Assembly: GCA_965601715.1 (NCBI GenBank)
Contig: OZ271835.1
Coordinates: 2,777,303-2,841,302, forward strand
Reading direction: 5' to 3'
Length of the DNA stretch: 64,000 nucleotides
Source: Hyphomicrobiales bacterium
GTDB lineage: Bacteria > Pseudomonadota > Alphaproteobacteria > Rhizobiales > MH13
Position 1 is the stretch's first letter, and each line of letters opens with the position of its first letter. The notes beneath the pieces are model-generated. The model was not told where the DNA came from. It was given only the letters and a program-made list of their open reading frames with translations, and did no database searches. Made by a program: the position numbers and the translations under genes. Below are positions 27,462 to 37,446 of the stretch, piece after piece.

Positions 27462-27938
27462 TCAACCCATCCAGTCCAAAGGTGGTTTGACCACCATCAG
27501 CCAGGTCGCGGTGACCAGAGGTACTGTGCTGATCAGGCCCCAAATGAGCCAGCGGTTCGATAGCGCGCGATATGCGTCGCCCACATCGTCAACTGGGAAC
27601 GCCTTGGCGAGGCGCGCTTGCTCGATTTGGATCGGCACAATGATGAACAACCAGATGAGCCCGGCCATCACGAAGAAAATTTGGCTCCACAGCAGCCATC
27701 CTTCGGTGAGCGGATAGCCTGCCGCAGCGGCCATGTAGTAGCCGCTGCCCATAATCAGGATGACGCCCCACACGGTCATCGACCAATCGGTGTAAGTGAC
27801 CAGCCTCTGTGCGAAGCTTAGCACCTGAGGGCTGCCGTCAATGTCGGCAAAGAATTTCCAGATGGCCGTCACCGTGATGTTGCCCATCAACATGGCAACA
27901 CCGGTCACATGCAAAAACTTGGCGATGTCGTACAACAT
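27462..27938 (-). CDS. DUF2269-family membrane protein
   Basis: KFLHVTGVAMLMGN...WLMVVKP pattern; 4 TM helices. Confidence 0.78.
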   Translation of the reverse strand: MLYDIAKFLHVTGVAMLMGNITVTAIWKFFADIDGSPQVLSFAQRLVTYTDWSMTVWGVILIMGSGYYMAAAAGYPLTEGWLLWSQIFFVMAGLIWLFIIVPIQIEQARLAKAFPVDDVGDAYRALSNRWLIWGLISTVPLVTATWLMVVKPPLDWMG

Positions 27939-28129
27939 GCCCCAGCCATAGCACTGCAAATGGGCAGGGCACGAATACCCAAAAGGCGCATATTTCGGTG
28001 AAGCACTCAATCCTTAACGCGCATTAACACTTATTCGCCGATCGGTTCAATATCCAGTTAACTCATTGAATTATAATAATATTTACATCCATCATGCAAA
28101 GCTAGTGCACTCAAAAAGCGGGTGCAGCT

Positions 28130-29476
28130 ATGACCAAGCCAAATGCGACGACGACTTTAGAAAGACACGTAAGACCGACCCTACGGGCGATCTGGCAGTC
28201 TTTTTGGAAACAAGAATCCGGGGTGGTCATTGTGCTGGCCACCTTGGCCATGCCTGTCATGCTGACGCTCACCGCTGTCACAATCGATTACACGAATGCC
28301 GAGCGGTTGCGGGCTGCCGCGCAAGCTTCACTGGATGCCGCCTTGCTGGCAGCGGCCGGCGAATACAACAACGGCAGCCTCGAGGCTGACGAGATCAACG
28401 CTTATGTGAATGAATATTACGAAGCCACAATGCTGGGCAAAGGCCTAGAAGCGATTTCAATCGGGACGGTCAACACCGTTGTCGATGACGAAGCCGGAAC
28501 AGTTAGCGGCAGCTTGCGGGCAACGTCGCAGGCCATTTTCTCGGGCATAATCAATCCTGATGGTGTCGATGTGGGTGTTGAAGCGGATATTTTCCTGCGT
28601 CGCCAGCAAATCGAAGTGGCCATGGTGTTGGACGTGACCGGATCGATGAACGGCGCGCGTCTCGAAGCACTGAAAGACGCGGCCACGGATATGGTCAGCA
28701 GCCTCATACCGCCCGATGGCACGACCTCGATTGACTCCAATGTGCGGGTCTCCATCGTCCCTTATTCCGACCTTGTGAACGTCGGCCCTTATGAAGTCGA
28801 CGTGACGGGATACAACTCCGGTGAATCGTGTGTCTACGAGCGCACTGGCGGGCGGGCTTTCCGTGATGTCAGACCTTTTGGACCGCATCCCGCCGGTCAG
28901 GCTGATGACGATGGCATCGTCAACTTGCCGCCGAACGGGAATGGCGACCGCGATGAAAAGCCGGACAATGCCATCAGTCGGCGTAACTTCAACGGCTATG
29001 TCTGCAACAATCCTGAATTGTTGCCGCTGTCGGCCAACCGTGCCGAGTTGGTGGACCGCATCGAGTCTTTCACGGCCAGTGGGTGGACCTCAGGGCATAT
29101 CGGTATTCAGTGGGGCTGGTACACGCTGTCTCGTCGTTTCTCATCCGTTTGGCCCGGCGTGTCCCGCCCAGCAGCGTACAACGAAGACGATGTGCTGAAG
29201 GTCATGGTGCTGATGACCGATGGTGCATTCAACACCTGGTACGAAAGCGGCAATGGCAGCTCCTTCAGCCAGGGCGATCGGTTGTGTGCTGCGATCAAAG
29301 ATGCCGGCATCGAAATCTACACGGTTGGGTTCCTGACAGGCACTGTCGAAGACAATTTCCTGCGCGGTTGTTCAAGCGGGCCAGATTACCACTTTGAAGC
29401 TTCATCGCAGGAAGCCTTGGTGGGTGTTTTCCGCACCATCGGCCAAACGCTTTCGGAGCTGAGAATTGCCAACTAG
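28130..29476 (+). CDS. TadG/TadE-like pilin-VWA protein, copy 1
   Basis: QESG + hydrophobic pilin-like helix, AAQASLDAALLAAA, VLDVTGSM MIDAS-like motif, VMVLMTDG, IYTVGF. Confidence 0.85.
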   Translation: MTKPNATTTLERHVRPTLRAIWQSFWKQESGVVIVLATLAMPVMLTLTAVTIDYTNAERLRAAAQASLDAALLAAAGEYNNGSLEADEINAYVNEYYEATMLGKGLEAISIGTVNTVVDDEAGTVSGSLRATSQAIFSGIINPDGVDVGVEADIFLRRQQIEVAMVLDVTGSMNGARLEALKDAATDMVSSLIPPDGTTSIDSNVRVSIVPYSDLVNVGPYEVDVTGYNSGESCVYERTGGRAFRDVRPFGPHPAGQADDDGIVNLPPNGNGDRDEKPDNAISRRNFNGYVCNNPELLPLSANRAELVDRIESFTASGWTSGHIGIQWGWYTLSRRFSSVWPGVSRPAAYNEDDVLKVMVLMTDGAFNTWYESGNGSSFSQGDRLCAAIKDAGIEIYTVGFLTGTVEDNFLRGCSSGPDYHFEASSQEALVGVFRTIGQTLSELRIAN

Positions 29477-29603
29477 TCCGCGAAGTGGCGGGTCTGGAGC
29501 CACGAAATGTGGGGTCGAAATAGTCCGTTTACCCTCTGAATTTGCTTCATATTTACGTCCAGCTGCTAGCTTTCGCACGGTATAGACAAGGCGCAATCTT
29601 ATC

Positions 29604-30947
29604 ATGATCAAGCCCACACTCAGAAACGTCTTCGCAGGCCATCCAGGTGCCGCAATGCGCGCGATTTGGGACTCCTTTTGGAAACAAGAGTCGGGCGTGG
29701 TTGTTATCATGTTCACGTTCGCCATGCCGGTGATTTTAACGCTCACGGCTATCGCGATGGACTACACCAGTGCCCAACGGTTGCGCACGGCGGCACAGTA
29801 CTCTCTTGATGCCGCGTTGCTTGCTGCCGCCAGCGAGTACAACAATGGCGCTATCGATGCAGAAGACGTCAACGTTTTCGTCAACGATTACTACCAAGCC
29901 AACATGCTCGGCAAAGGCTTGGATGAGATTACAATCGGTACCGTCAGCACCCAACTTGATGAAGACGCCGGAACGCTCGATGGCCAATTGCAGGCCATAT
30001 CCGAATCTGTGTTTTCGCAGTTGATCAACCCAGAAGGCGTCACCGTTGGTGTTGATGCCCAAGTGTTCCTGCGTCGCCAGCAGATCGAAGTTGCTTTGGT
30101 GCTGGATGTTACCGGCTCTATGCGGGGCTCAAGGCTTGCCGCGCTGAAAGACGCCGCCACAGACTTGCTAACCAGTTTGGTGCCTGAAGGCGTGGTGACA
30201 ACAGCCGACGCCAATGTTCGGGTATCGATTGTTCCCTATTCGGATTTGGTCAATGTCGGCGACTTTGAACTTAGTGTAACGGGGTACAACTCTGGTGAAT
30301 CCTGCGTCTATGAGCGCACCGGTGGTCGTGCCTTCCGTGATGCGCGTCCCTTCGGCCCCGACCCTGCTGGCCAAGAAGATGATGATGGCGAGACCAATTG
30401 GCCGCCCTCTGGCAATGGTGATCGCGACGAGAAGCCCGATCGCAGCCACCCACGCAACTTCAACGGCTATGTCTGCAACAACCCCGAACTGTTGCCGCTT
30501 TCAGCGAACCGTGCCGAACTGATTAACCGCGTCCAGTCGTTCACCGCGGACGGATGGACCGCTGGACACATTGGTATCCAATGGGGTTGGTTCACGCTTT
30601 CGCGCCGCTTTTCATCGGTTTGGCCGAGTGAATCGCGACCAAGCCGGTATGACGATGATGATGTCTTGAAGGTCATGGTCCTCATGACGGACGGTGCCTT
30701 TAACACCTGGTACGAAGATGGCAATGGTAATTCCTTCAGCCAAGCCAGCCGTCTATGCGAGGCCGTGAAGGACAGCGGAATTGACATCTATACGATTGGG
30801 TTTCTCACCGGGTCGAACGAAGACAATTTCCTTCGCAATTGTTCAAGCGGGGCTGGTTTCCATTTCCAGGCATCGTCGCAAACGGCATTGGTCAGTGTCT
30901 TCCGCACCATTGGTCAGACCCTGTCTGAGCTGCGGATCGCACTCTAA
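29604..30947 (+). CDS. TadG/TadE-like pilin-VWA protein, copy 2 (tandem paralogue)
   Basis: Collinear with copy 1 over its full length; same motifs. Confidence 0.85.
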   Translation: MIKPTLRNVFAGHPGAAMRAIWDSFWKQESGVVVIMFTFAMPVILTLTAIAMDYTSAQRLRTAAQYSLDAALLAAASEYNNGAIDAEDVNVFVNDYYQANMLGKGLDEITIGTVSTQLDEDAGTLDGQLQAISESVFSQLINPEGVTVGVDAQVFLRRQQIEVALVLDVTGSMRGSRLAALKDAATDLLTSLVPEGVVTTADANVRVSIVPYSDLVNVGDFELSVTGYNSGESCVYERTGGRAFRDARPFGPDPAGQEDDDGETNWPPSGNGDRDEKPDRSHPRNFNGYVCNNPELLPLSANRAELINRVQSFTADGWTAGHIGIQWGWFTLSRRFSSVWPSESRPSRYDDDDVLKVMVLMTDGAFNTWYEDGNGNSFSQASRLCEAVKDSGIDIYTIGFLTGSNEDNFLRNCSSGAGFHFQASSQTALVSVFRTIGQTLSELRIAL

Positions 30948-31048
30948 TAGGCCCCCAGAGCGCATTTGCGGGTGGACTATCGTTCCGAAGCATCCGTTGC
31001 GGTGCTCCACCCATTTCCTTCACGGTGATAGCCGCTAGGTGAGGCGGT

Positions 31049-32416
31049 ATGACTGCGCCGCCACCCACAACGAAGGCCCTCGCGAAAGGGCAAGACTTCA
31101 CGGTTACCCACCGGCGGGTGGTGGCAATCGCCATACCAACCACTTTGGCCTACATTTCAACGCCATTGGTTGGATTGGCCGACACCTGGACAATAGGCCA
31201 GATGGGCGACGCAGCACTGATTGGTGCGATCGCCGTTGGCAGCATCATTTTTGATGTCCTCTACACCACAATGAACTTTCTGCGCACTGGCACCACAGGT
31301 CTGGTCGCGCAAGCATTTGGGGCTGGCCGACCCCGAGAAGAAGCCACCGCTCTTATTCGGGCGCTCCTCCTGTCGATTGCCATTGGCCTAGCCTTCGTCA
31401 TCTTGCAGGCGCCCGTTCTGGCCGGTTCGCTCTGGTTCGTTGGAGGCAGTGACCGCGTGCAAGAGGCGGTGATGGTCTATTTTTCCATCCGCATCTATGC
31501 AGCGCCCCTGACGCTCGCCAATTATGCCGTGCTTGGGTACTTTATTGGGCGCGGCGAGGCACTGATAGGTCTTGTGCTTCAGACCATTCTCAACCTCACC
31601 AACATCGCATTGAACATCTGGTTCGTGCTTGGTCTCGGGTGGGGTGTCGAAGGCGTTGCCGTGGCAAGCGTTTTAGCACAGGCGGTCGCACTGACAGCAG
31701 GTGGCGCGTTGATATGGTGGAGACTTCGCGCAACCGAGTTGCCCTCGCGCCGGGAAATCCTCGACCGCGCCGAAATTGGCCGCATGATGGGCGTCAATCG
31801 TGACATCATGATCCGCTCTTTCGCACTCCTGTTTGCCTTTGCGACGTTCACCCGATTATCCGCTCAGCAGGGCGAAGTGGTGCTGGCCGCTAACGCAATT
31901 CTGGAGAAATTCTTTCTTTTGTCAGGCTACTTCCTCGATGGTGTGGCCGTCGCAGCGGAGCAATTGGTTGGACGGGCGGTCGGTGCTGGGCGCCGAAAAC
32001 CGTTCTTTCGCACTGTCCAACTGTGTGGGATCTGGTCAGCCATGCTGTGCGCGTTTGCGTGTTTGTTTTTCGTCGTCTTTGGTGGTGCCATGATCAATGC
32101 CATGACCCCGGCGCAGGATGTGCGCGATGTTGCGCAAGCCTTCCTTTTGTTCGCGGCGCTAACCCCGATTGTGGGTGCGGCCGCATTTCTTATGGATGGG
32201 GTTTATATCGGCGCGACATGGTCACGCGACATGCGCAACATGATGCTGATTTCGTTGGCGGTATATCTGGTAGCTGCCTACACGCTGACACCAGCTTTCG
32301 GCAATGCAGGCCTTTGGTTCAGCTTCCTGGTTTTTCTTGGAATTCGCGGCATCACGCTCGGTTCAATCCTGCCACGCAGAGCTGCCATCGAGTTTGGCCG
32401 AGCCGCTGAGGGCTAA
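31049..32416 (+). CDS. MATE family efflux transporter (DinF-like)
   Basis: PLVGLADT, NFLRTGTTGLVAQAFGA, LDGVAVAAEQLVGRAVG; 12 TM helices. Confidence 0.9.
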   Translation: MTAPPPTTKALAKGQDFTVTHRRVVAIAIPTTLAYISTPLVGLADTWTIGQMGDAALIGAIAVGSIIFDVLYTTMNFLRTGTTGLVAQAFGAGRPREEATALIRALLLSIAIGLAFVILQAPVLAGSLWFVGGSDRVQEAVMVYFSIRIYAAPLTLANYAVLGYFIGRGEALIGLVLQTILNLTNIALNIWFVLGLGWGVEGVAVASVLAQAVALTAGGALIWWRLRATELPSRREILDRAEIGRMMGVNRDIMIRSFALLFAFATFTRLSAQQGEVVLAANAILEKFFLLSGYFLDGVAVAAEQLVGRAVGAGRRKPFFRTVQLCGIWSAMLCAFACLFFVVFGGAMINAMTPAQDVRDVAQAFLLFAALTPIVGAAAFLMDGVYIGATWSRDMRNMMLISLAVYLVAAYTLTPAFGNAGLWFSFLVFLGIRGITLGSILPRRAAIEFGRAAEG

Positions 32417-34338
32417 CTGCGAAATTTGCTGATCAAGTCAGAATTGCGCGGCGACTGTCGGTGTTGAACCGGTTGTTGTGGGTGCGGACTCGCGAACACG
32501 TCAGGCGCTTGGGATGCGATCTGCTGTGGATGCGGCGCGCGCGACGCTGCTGGTGCTGCCGGTGCTGAATGCCCACTATAGGAGATGCCATAGCCTGGCG
32601 GACGTGAACCCGATGGCACATCCGGCTCAAAGACGTCGGCCTCCCAATCATCATCATCCGCCAGCTGTGGGACCAAACGCTCAAGGCCGTCGTCTGGCCT
32701 TGCACCGCCCGACGCAGCTTGCCGCCATTGGCTGATCACGCCATCGAGCACGGAGTCGCTGGTTTGCTCGCGTGACCATTGTTCACTGAAAACGGTCGTG
32801 CCTCCGTGCGGCAGGGCATCCGGCGGTAGCATCTCCAAAACGATACGTGACGGTAGGTTGACCGCTTCACCAAACACCAAGGCCTCGCGGGTGCTGAGAA
32901 GCGGCAGCGATTGCAACAGTGGCGTCCGCGCATCGGCCATTGCCGACGCGATGATGTTCCGATCTGGTTCGTTGGAAAGCCGCATCGCAAACACGGTTGA
33001 GCACTGCGATAGGATCGTTGGGTCCAGGTCGGCCGGGCGCTGACTTACCATGCACAACGAGGCGCCGTACTTACGGCCTTCACGGGCGATGCGGGCAATC
33101 GATCGCTTGGTCGGCTCAAAGCCGTCCTGCGTGTTGGCAGGCACATAGCGGTGCGCCTCTTCACACACCAGGGTGATCGGCAGGCGGCCGTGGCTATAGA
33201 TGGCCAAGTCAAAGGTGAGACGGGCAAGAACGGAAACCACGACGTTGACGATTTCACCCGGCAAACCTTTGAGGTTCAAGATCGTGATGGGTTTGCCCTG
33301 AACTGGAACGCGGAATAGACGCCGAAGCAGCGTTTTCAGATTGTCTTGAACGGCAAAACTGCCAAACATGAACTCGAAGCGCGGGTCATTGGCGATCAGG
33401 TTGATGCGGGCTTTGAGGCGCCGATAAATGTCGAGTTCGCGGGGACGTTCGAGCTGGCCCATTTCCGCATCGATGAGTCCGATGACATCGCTCATGCGGT
33501 AGGGAATGGGGATATCAACACTGAAACGATCACTGCCTGAGCCATTACGGCGCAGGGCACTCGCTTCGCCGCGTTCGGAGGCGAACATGCGCTTGGCTGT
33601 TGGAATGCACTCGCGCAGGATCTCCGCTTCTTCGACCTGGCCTTTGGAATCGCCAAGAAGAACCTCGATCAGTTCCTCGAAGGTGAGAGCCCAGTAGGGC
33701 AGGTTCAAACGGCCGATCGGAATGCACTCGGCGCGGTCGCCAAAGCTTTTCGGATATTCGTCGTGCGGATCGAGCAGGACGATGTGCGCGTTAGGGTGCT
33801 TGGCCAAGACTTTGCGCAGCACGAGCGCCACGGTGCAGGACTTCCCGGTTCCGGTCGATCCAACGATGGCAAAGTGCTTGCCCAGCATCTCATCGGTTTC
33901 GACAAAGGCTGGGATCGTCGGGTCTTGGTGCAAATGACCGAGGAGAACGCCCTCGGCGCCCTCTTGCTGCGTAACAGCTGTGAGGATGTCATGCGTGATC
34001 GGTTGAGCGGCATCGCCAAGGCGCGGAGAAATCGAAACGCCAGTCCGGAAGGTGCCGAACAGCCCATCTTCCTTCCGCGGTAACTCACCAACCAGTTCGA
34101 TATCAATAAGGCCGGGTTCACCCTCGGTTACGCCAGTAACGGTTGAATTGTGCATAGCCGTAACCTGAGCGATGGCGATGGCACGACCCATATCGAGCGT
34201 GACCATTTCACCCAGCAACGGTAGGTCCTGGCCGCCTACTTTTGCGACCAGTTGCGCAGCGGTGCCTTCAACGGATCGAACAACACCGATGTTTTTTTGG
34301 GGCTCATAAGCGCAGGGCTTTGGCTCGGGCAGGTCCAT
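32413..34338 (-). CDS. HerA/DUF87-type P-loop ATPase
   Basis: HFAIVGSTGTGKS Walker A, LDPHDEY, LVCEEAHRY Walker B, REGRKYG, SQRP; N-terminal barrel. Confidence 0.85.
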   Translation of the reverse strand: MDLPEPKPCAYEPQKNIGVVRSVEGTAAQLVAKVGGQDLPLLGEMVTLDMGRAIAIAQVTAMHNSTVTGVTEGEPGLIDIELVGELPRKEDGLFGTFRTGVSISPRLGDAAQPITHDILTAVTQQEGAEGVLLGHLHQDPTIPAFVETDEMLGKHFAIVGSTGTGKSCTVALVLRKVLAKHPNAHIVLLDPHDEYPKSFGDRAECIPIGRLNLPYWALTFEELIEVLLGDSKGQVEEAEILRECIPTAKRMFASERGEASALRRNGSGSDRFSVDIPIPYRMSDVIGLIDAEMGQLERPRELDIYRRLKARINLIANDPRFEFMFGSFAVQDNLKTLLRRLFRVPVQGKPITILNLKGLPGEIVNVVVSVLARLTFDLAIYSHGRLPITLVCEEAHRYVPANTQDGFEPTKRSIARIAREGRKYGASLCMVSQRPADLDPTILSQCSTVFAMRLSNEPDRNIIASAMADARTPLLQSLPLLSTREALVFGEAVNLPSRIVLEMLPPDALPHGGTTVFSEQWSREQTSDSVLDGVISQWRQAASGGARPDDGLERLVPQLADDDDWEADVFEPDVPSGSRPPGYGISYSGHSAPAAPAASRAPHPQQIASQAPDVFASPHPQQPVQHRQSPRNSDLISKFRS

Positions 34339-34432
34339 AGCAAACAACATTTCTTGGCAGCGTTGTCGTTACGATAGTGTGCTAAGGTTAAAGCTCGCTC
34401 ACCATTGATGCGGAACTCGCTTAGGTGGTTAA

Positions 34433-35179
34433 TCAACCAACCCAGTCGCCCACCAGCAACTGTACCGCAGTGAGACTCGCCACCACCGCAGTATCCGCGC
34501 GCAGGATGCGTGGACCGAGCGAAATGGGGTGCGTGAAGGGCGAGGCGATCAATTGCGCGCGTTCGTCATCGCTGAAACCACCTTCGGGACCGATCAGAAC
34601 CGTCAAACGTTCGCCGCGAAGGGCCGCAACTCGAGTTGCGGTTTCGCCGACATTTTTATGCTCATCGCACCAAATAAGTGCCCGATTCGCGTCACATTCG
34701 CGCAATTTCGCAACCAGAGTTGCGGCCGGTTCGAGGTCCGGGATCGCGAGAACACCACATTGTTCAGCCGCTTCAATGATGTTGGCCCGCAGCTTGTCAT
34801 CGCGCAGTTTGGTGGTCTGCGTATGGTCGGTGATTACCGGCGCGATAGCCCCAACACCCATTTCTACGGCCTTTTGCACCAGCCAATCCATGCGCTCTTT
34901 TTTGATGGGGGCGAACCAAAGCGTTAGGTCATTGAGCGGCGTTTGTGGCCGCGTCTGTTCCAGGACTGTGAGCGTGCCTGCTCGCTTCGAAGCGCGTTCA
35001 ACCTCAGCACGCCACTCGCCGTCTTTTCCGTTGAAAACCAGTAATTTACCACCTGACTCCATGCGCAAGACCGTGAGCAGGTAATGCGCATGATCATCGG
35101 ACAAAGGCGCCCGGAAGCCTGCGCTCAAATCGTGGTCGACGTACAGCCGCTGGCTCTTGAAATCAATTCTTGGGGGCAT
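34433..35179 (-). CDS. rsmE: 16S rRNA m3U1498 methyltransferase
   Basis: HYLLTVLRM, QKAVEMGV, EAAEQCG, IGPEGGF, LGPRILRADTA. Confidence 0.95.
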   Translation of the reverse strand: MPPRIDFKSQRLYVDHDLSAGFRAPLSDDHAHYLLTVLRMESGGKLLVFNGKDGEWRAEVERASKRAGTLTVLEQTRPQTPLNDLTLWFAPIKKERMDWLVQKAVEMGVGAIAPVITDHTQTTKLRDDKLRANIIEAAEQCGVLAIPDLEPAATLVAKLRECDANRALIWCDEHKNVGETATRVAALRGERLTVLIGPEGGFSDDERAQLIASPFTHPISLGPRILRADTAVVASLTAVQLLVGDWVG

Positions 35180-35226
35180 CGTTCGGCTGGCCTTGTTCGC
35201 GCGCATCTGGCGGGTCAGGGTAAGCC

Positions 35227-36792
35227 ATGAGCGAAGCAGCAGCTACCAACACGCCAGAATACTCCGTCAGTGAGATTTCATCCGCCGTCAAGCGCACGGT
35301 CGAGGACGCGTTTGGCTATGTGCGCGTCCGCGGCGAGTTGGGTCGCGTCAGTCGTCCCGCCTCGGGTCACCTCTACACCGACTTGAAAGACGACCGCGCG
35401 GTCCTCTCCGCCGTTATGTGGAAAGGCACGGCGTCCAAGCTCACCTTCAAGCCGGAGGAAGGCTTGGAGGTGATCGCCACCGGCCGCATGACCACCTTCC
35501 CAGGTCAGTCGCGGTACCAACTGGTGATCGACAGGATCGAGCCAGCAGGCGTCGGTGCGCTGATGAAACTGCTGGAGGAGCGTCGCCGCAAGCTGGCAGC
35601 CGAAGGCTTGTTCGATGAAGCCCGCAAGCAGCTTTTGCCGTTTCTTCCCAAGGTGATAGGCGTCGTGACTTCACCCACCGGCGCTGTGATCCGTGATATT
35701 CTGCACCGCCTGTCCGACCGCACGCCAGCCCATGTGTTGGTGTGGCCAGTACGCGTCCAGGGCGAGACCAGCGCGGTTGAAGTTGCGCGCGCCATTGAGG
35801 GTTTCAACGCGCTGAAGCCGCTCAGCGATCCGCCCCAACCGGACGTGCTGATTGTTGCAAGGGGCGGCGGAAGCCTTGAAGATCTGTGGGGTTTCAACGA
35901 AGAGATCGTCGCCCGCGCCGCAGCGAACAGCATGATTCCGCTGGTGTCTGCTGTTGGCCACGAGACGGACTGGACGCTCATCGATTACGCCGCCGACGTG
36001 CGTGCGCCAACACCCACCGGCGCTGCCGAGATGGTCGTCCCGGTCAAGTCTGATCTCGTTCTGACCATCGATGATTTGGCGCGTCGCCTGACGGCGTCGG
36101 CTTTGCGCGGTGTGGAAACGCGCCGCCGCGATATGCGCGCATTGGCTCGCGTTCTACCGCAGCCCGATACCCTGCTAACTCACCCACGCCAGCGCCTCGA
36201 TCAAGCCAGCTTGCGTCTCGCCCAAGCGCTGACCCAAGGCACGATCAAACAGCGTGCCCGGCTCGACAAAGCTGCGGTGCGGCTGACACCGCGCACCATC
36301 GAAGCAGGCCTGAAGGAGCGCGCGCACCAGGTTGATGTGTATAAAAACCGGCTTCATCAGGCCATCACCCGCCATGCACAACGCCGCCAAGACCGGTTGG
36401 AAAGCCTAGGCGCACGGGTCTCACCGCGCGCGGTCGAGCGGTTGGCGAGCGATGGCCGCAAGGCGATTGCCCGCTTGGATACTGGTCTTCTTCGTGCAGT
36501 GAACCATACGGTCCAGAGCAAAAAAGAAGGCCTGGCCCAACGGGCCAAGTTGTTAGCGGCGTTTGATTATCGCCAGGTTTTGGAGCGTGGCTTTGCCGTG
36601 GTGCGTGACAGTGCGGGAACGCCGCTGCGCACCGCCGCCGCACTCGACAAGGCTAAGATGGTGCAAATCCAGATGGCCGACGGATCGCGTGATGCCTCTA
36701 TCGGCAGTGGCCCACCACCAAAGCCGACCAAGCCCAGGCGCGTTACCGACGCACGCCCTAAGCCGAAGCAAGAAAACCTTTTTGGCGACTAA
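35227..36792 (+). CDS. xseA: Exodeoxyribonuclease VII large subunit
   Basis: YSVSEIS, SGHLYTDLKD, TSPTGAVIRDI, ARGGGSLEDL, GHETD, PTPTGAAE. Confidence 0.96.
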   Translation: MSEAAATNTPEYSVSEISSAVKRTVEDAFGYVRVRGELGRVSRPASGHLYTDLKDDRAVLSAVMWKGTASKLTFKPEEGLEVIATGRMTTFPGQSRYQLVIDRIEPAGVGALMKLLEERRRKLAAEGLFDEARKQLLPFLPKVIGVVTSPTGAVIRDILHRLSDRTPAHVLVWPVRVQGETSAVEVARAIEGFNALKPLSDPPQPDVLIVARGGGSLEDLWGFNEEIVARAAANSMIPLVSAVGHETDWTLIDYAADVRAPTPTGAAEMVVPVKSDLVLTIDDLARRLTASALRGVETRRRDMRALARVLPQPDTLLTHPRQRLDQASLRLAQALTQGTIKQRARLDKAAVRLTPRTIEAGLKERAHQVDVYKNRLHQAITRHAQRRQDRLESLGARVSPRAVERLASDGRKAIARLDTGLLRAVNHTVQSKKEGLAQRAKLLAAFDYRQVLERGFAVVRDSAGTPLRTAAALDKAKMVQIQMADGSRDASIGSGPPPKPTKPRRVTDARPKPKQENLFGD

Positions 36793-36956
36793 TGCCAGTT
36801 GATGCGGCGGCTGCAACCGGGGAACAGTTGGGCCCGCTGGCATCGGTCCCCCGATCCCACGATCCAACGCGACCGCGCTCGCTCATTGAACGTATAGTTG
36901 ATACGATCGAAGCTGGATTCTTCCGCTTCACCGAGCCTTCTTCAACGGAGCGAACC

Positions 36957-37370
36957 ATGGCTTACAAGACGTCCTGCCACTGTGGTGCCGTCTCCATCGT
37001 AATGCACCGCAGGATCCGCAAATTAACCAGCTGCAATTGCTCGATCTGTCGTCGCTATGGTGCGCTTTGGGCCTACCAACAGCGGAAGGCCATAGAGATC
37101 GACGCCGTATCTGGCGCACTCCAAACCTATGCGCGCCAGAACGGTGATCTCGTATTTTTTCGTTGCGCCCATTGCGGCTGTGTCACGCACTATGAGCGCC
37201 AAGACCGACGAGACAATGGCACCGATATGAGCGCGGTCAATATGCGCAACGTCGACAATCCCGCGCAGATCTCGGACATACCAATACGCTATTTGGACGG
37301 AGCTAGCACTTGGAAGGTGTTGCATGAAGATGTGCAACCCTACCTGTTTCGCTCGTCGTCGCCGAAATGA
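36957..37370 (+). CDS. GFA/CENP-V family protein
   Basis: CHCG...CNCSICRR...RCAHCG Zn ligands; GGAG RBS before 36957. Confidence 0.88.
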   Translation: MAYKTSCHCGAVSIVMHRRIRKLTSCNCSICRRYGALWAYQQRKAIEIDAVSGALQTYARQNGDLVFFRCAHCGCVTHYERQDRRDNGTDMSAVNMRNVDNPAQISDIPIRYLDGASTWKVLHEDVQPYLFRSSSPK

Positions 37371-37446
37371 CCCTTCAGCCCATTGATTGTCGGCGGATAA
37401 TGCATGGTTGCGGGGTCACCAGATGTCAGAGAACCCAGGGTGTCCA

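Noticed and set aside
28014-28027. TTAA-CGCGCA-TTAA upstream of TadG copy 1 as a CtrA box
   Set aside because: The spacer is 6 nt, not the canonical 7, so it is not called.
32413-34338. HerA ATPase as an anti-phage defence system
   Set aside because: No adjacent Sir2, nuclease or DUF4297-like effector; flanked by housekeeping genes.
36792-36956. 55-codon N-terminal extension of the GFA ORF
   Set aside because: A GGAG RBS precedes the ATG at 36957, where family similarity begins; the extension is probably untranslated.
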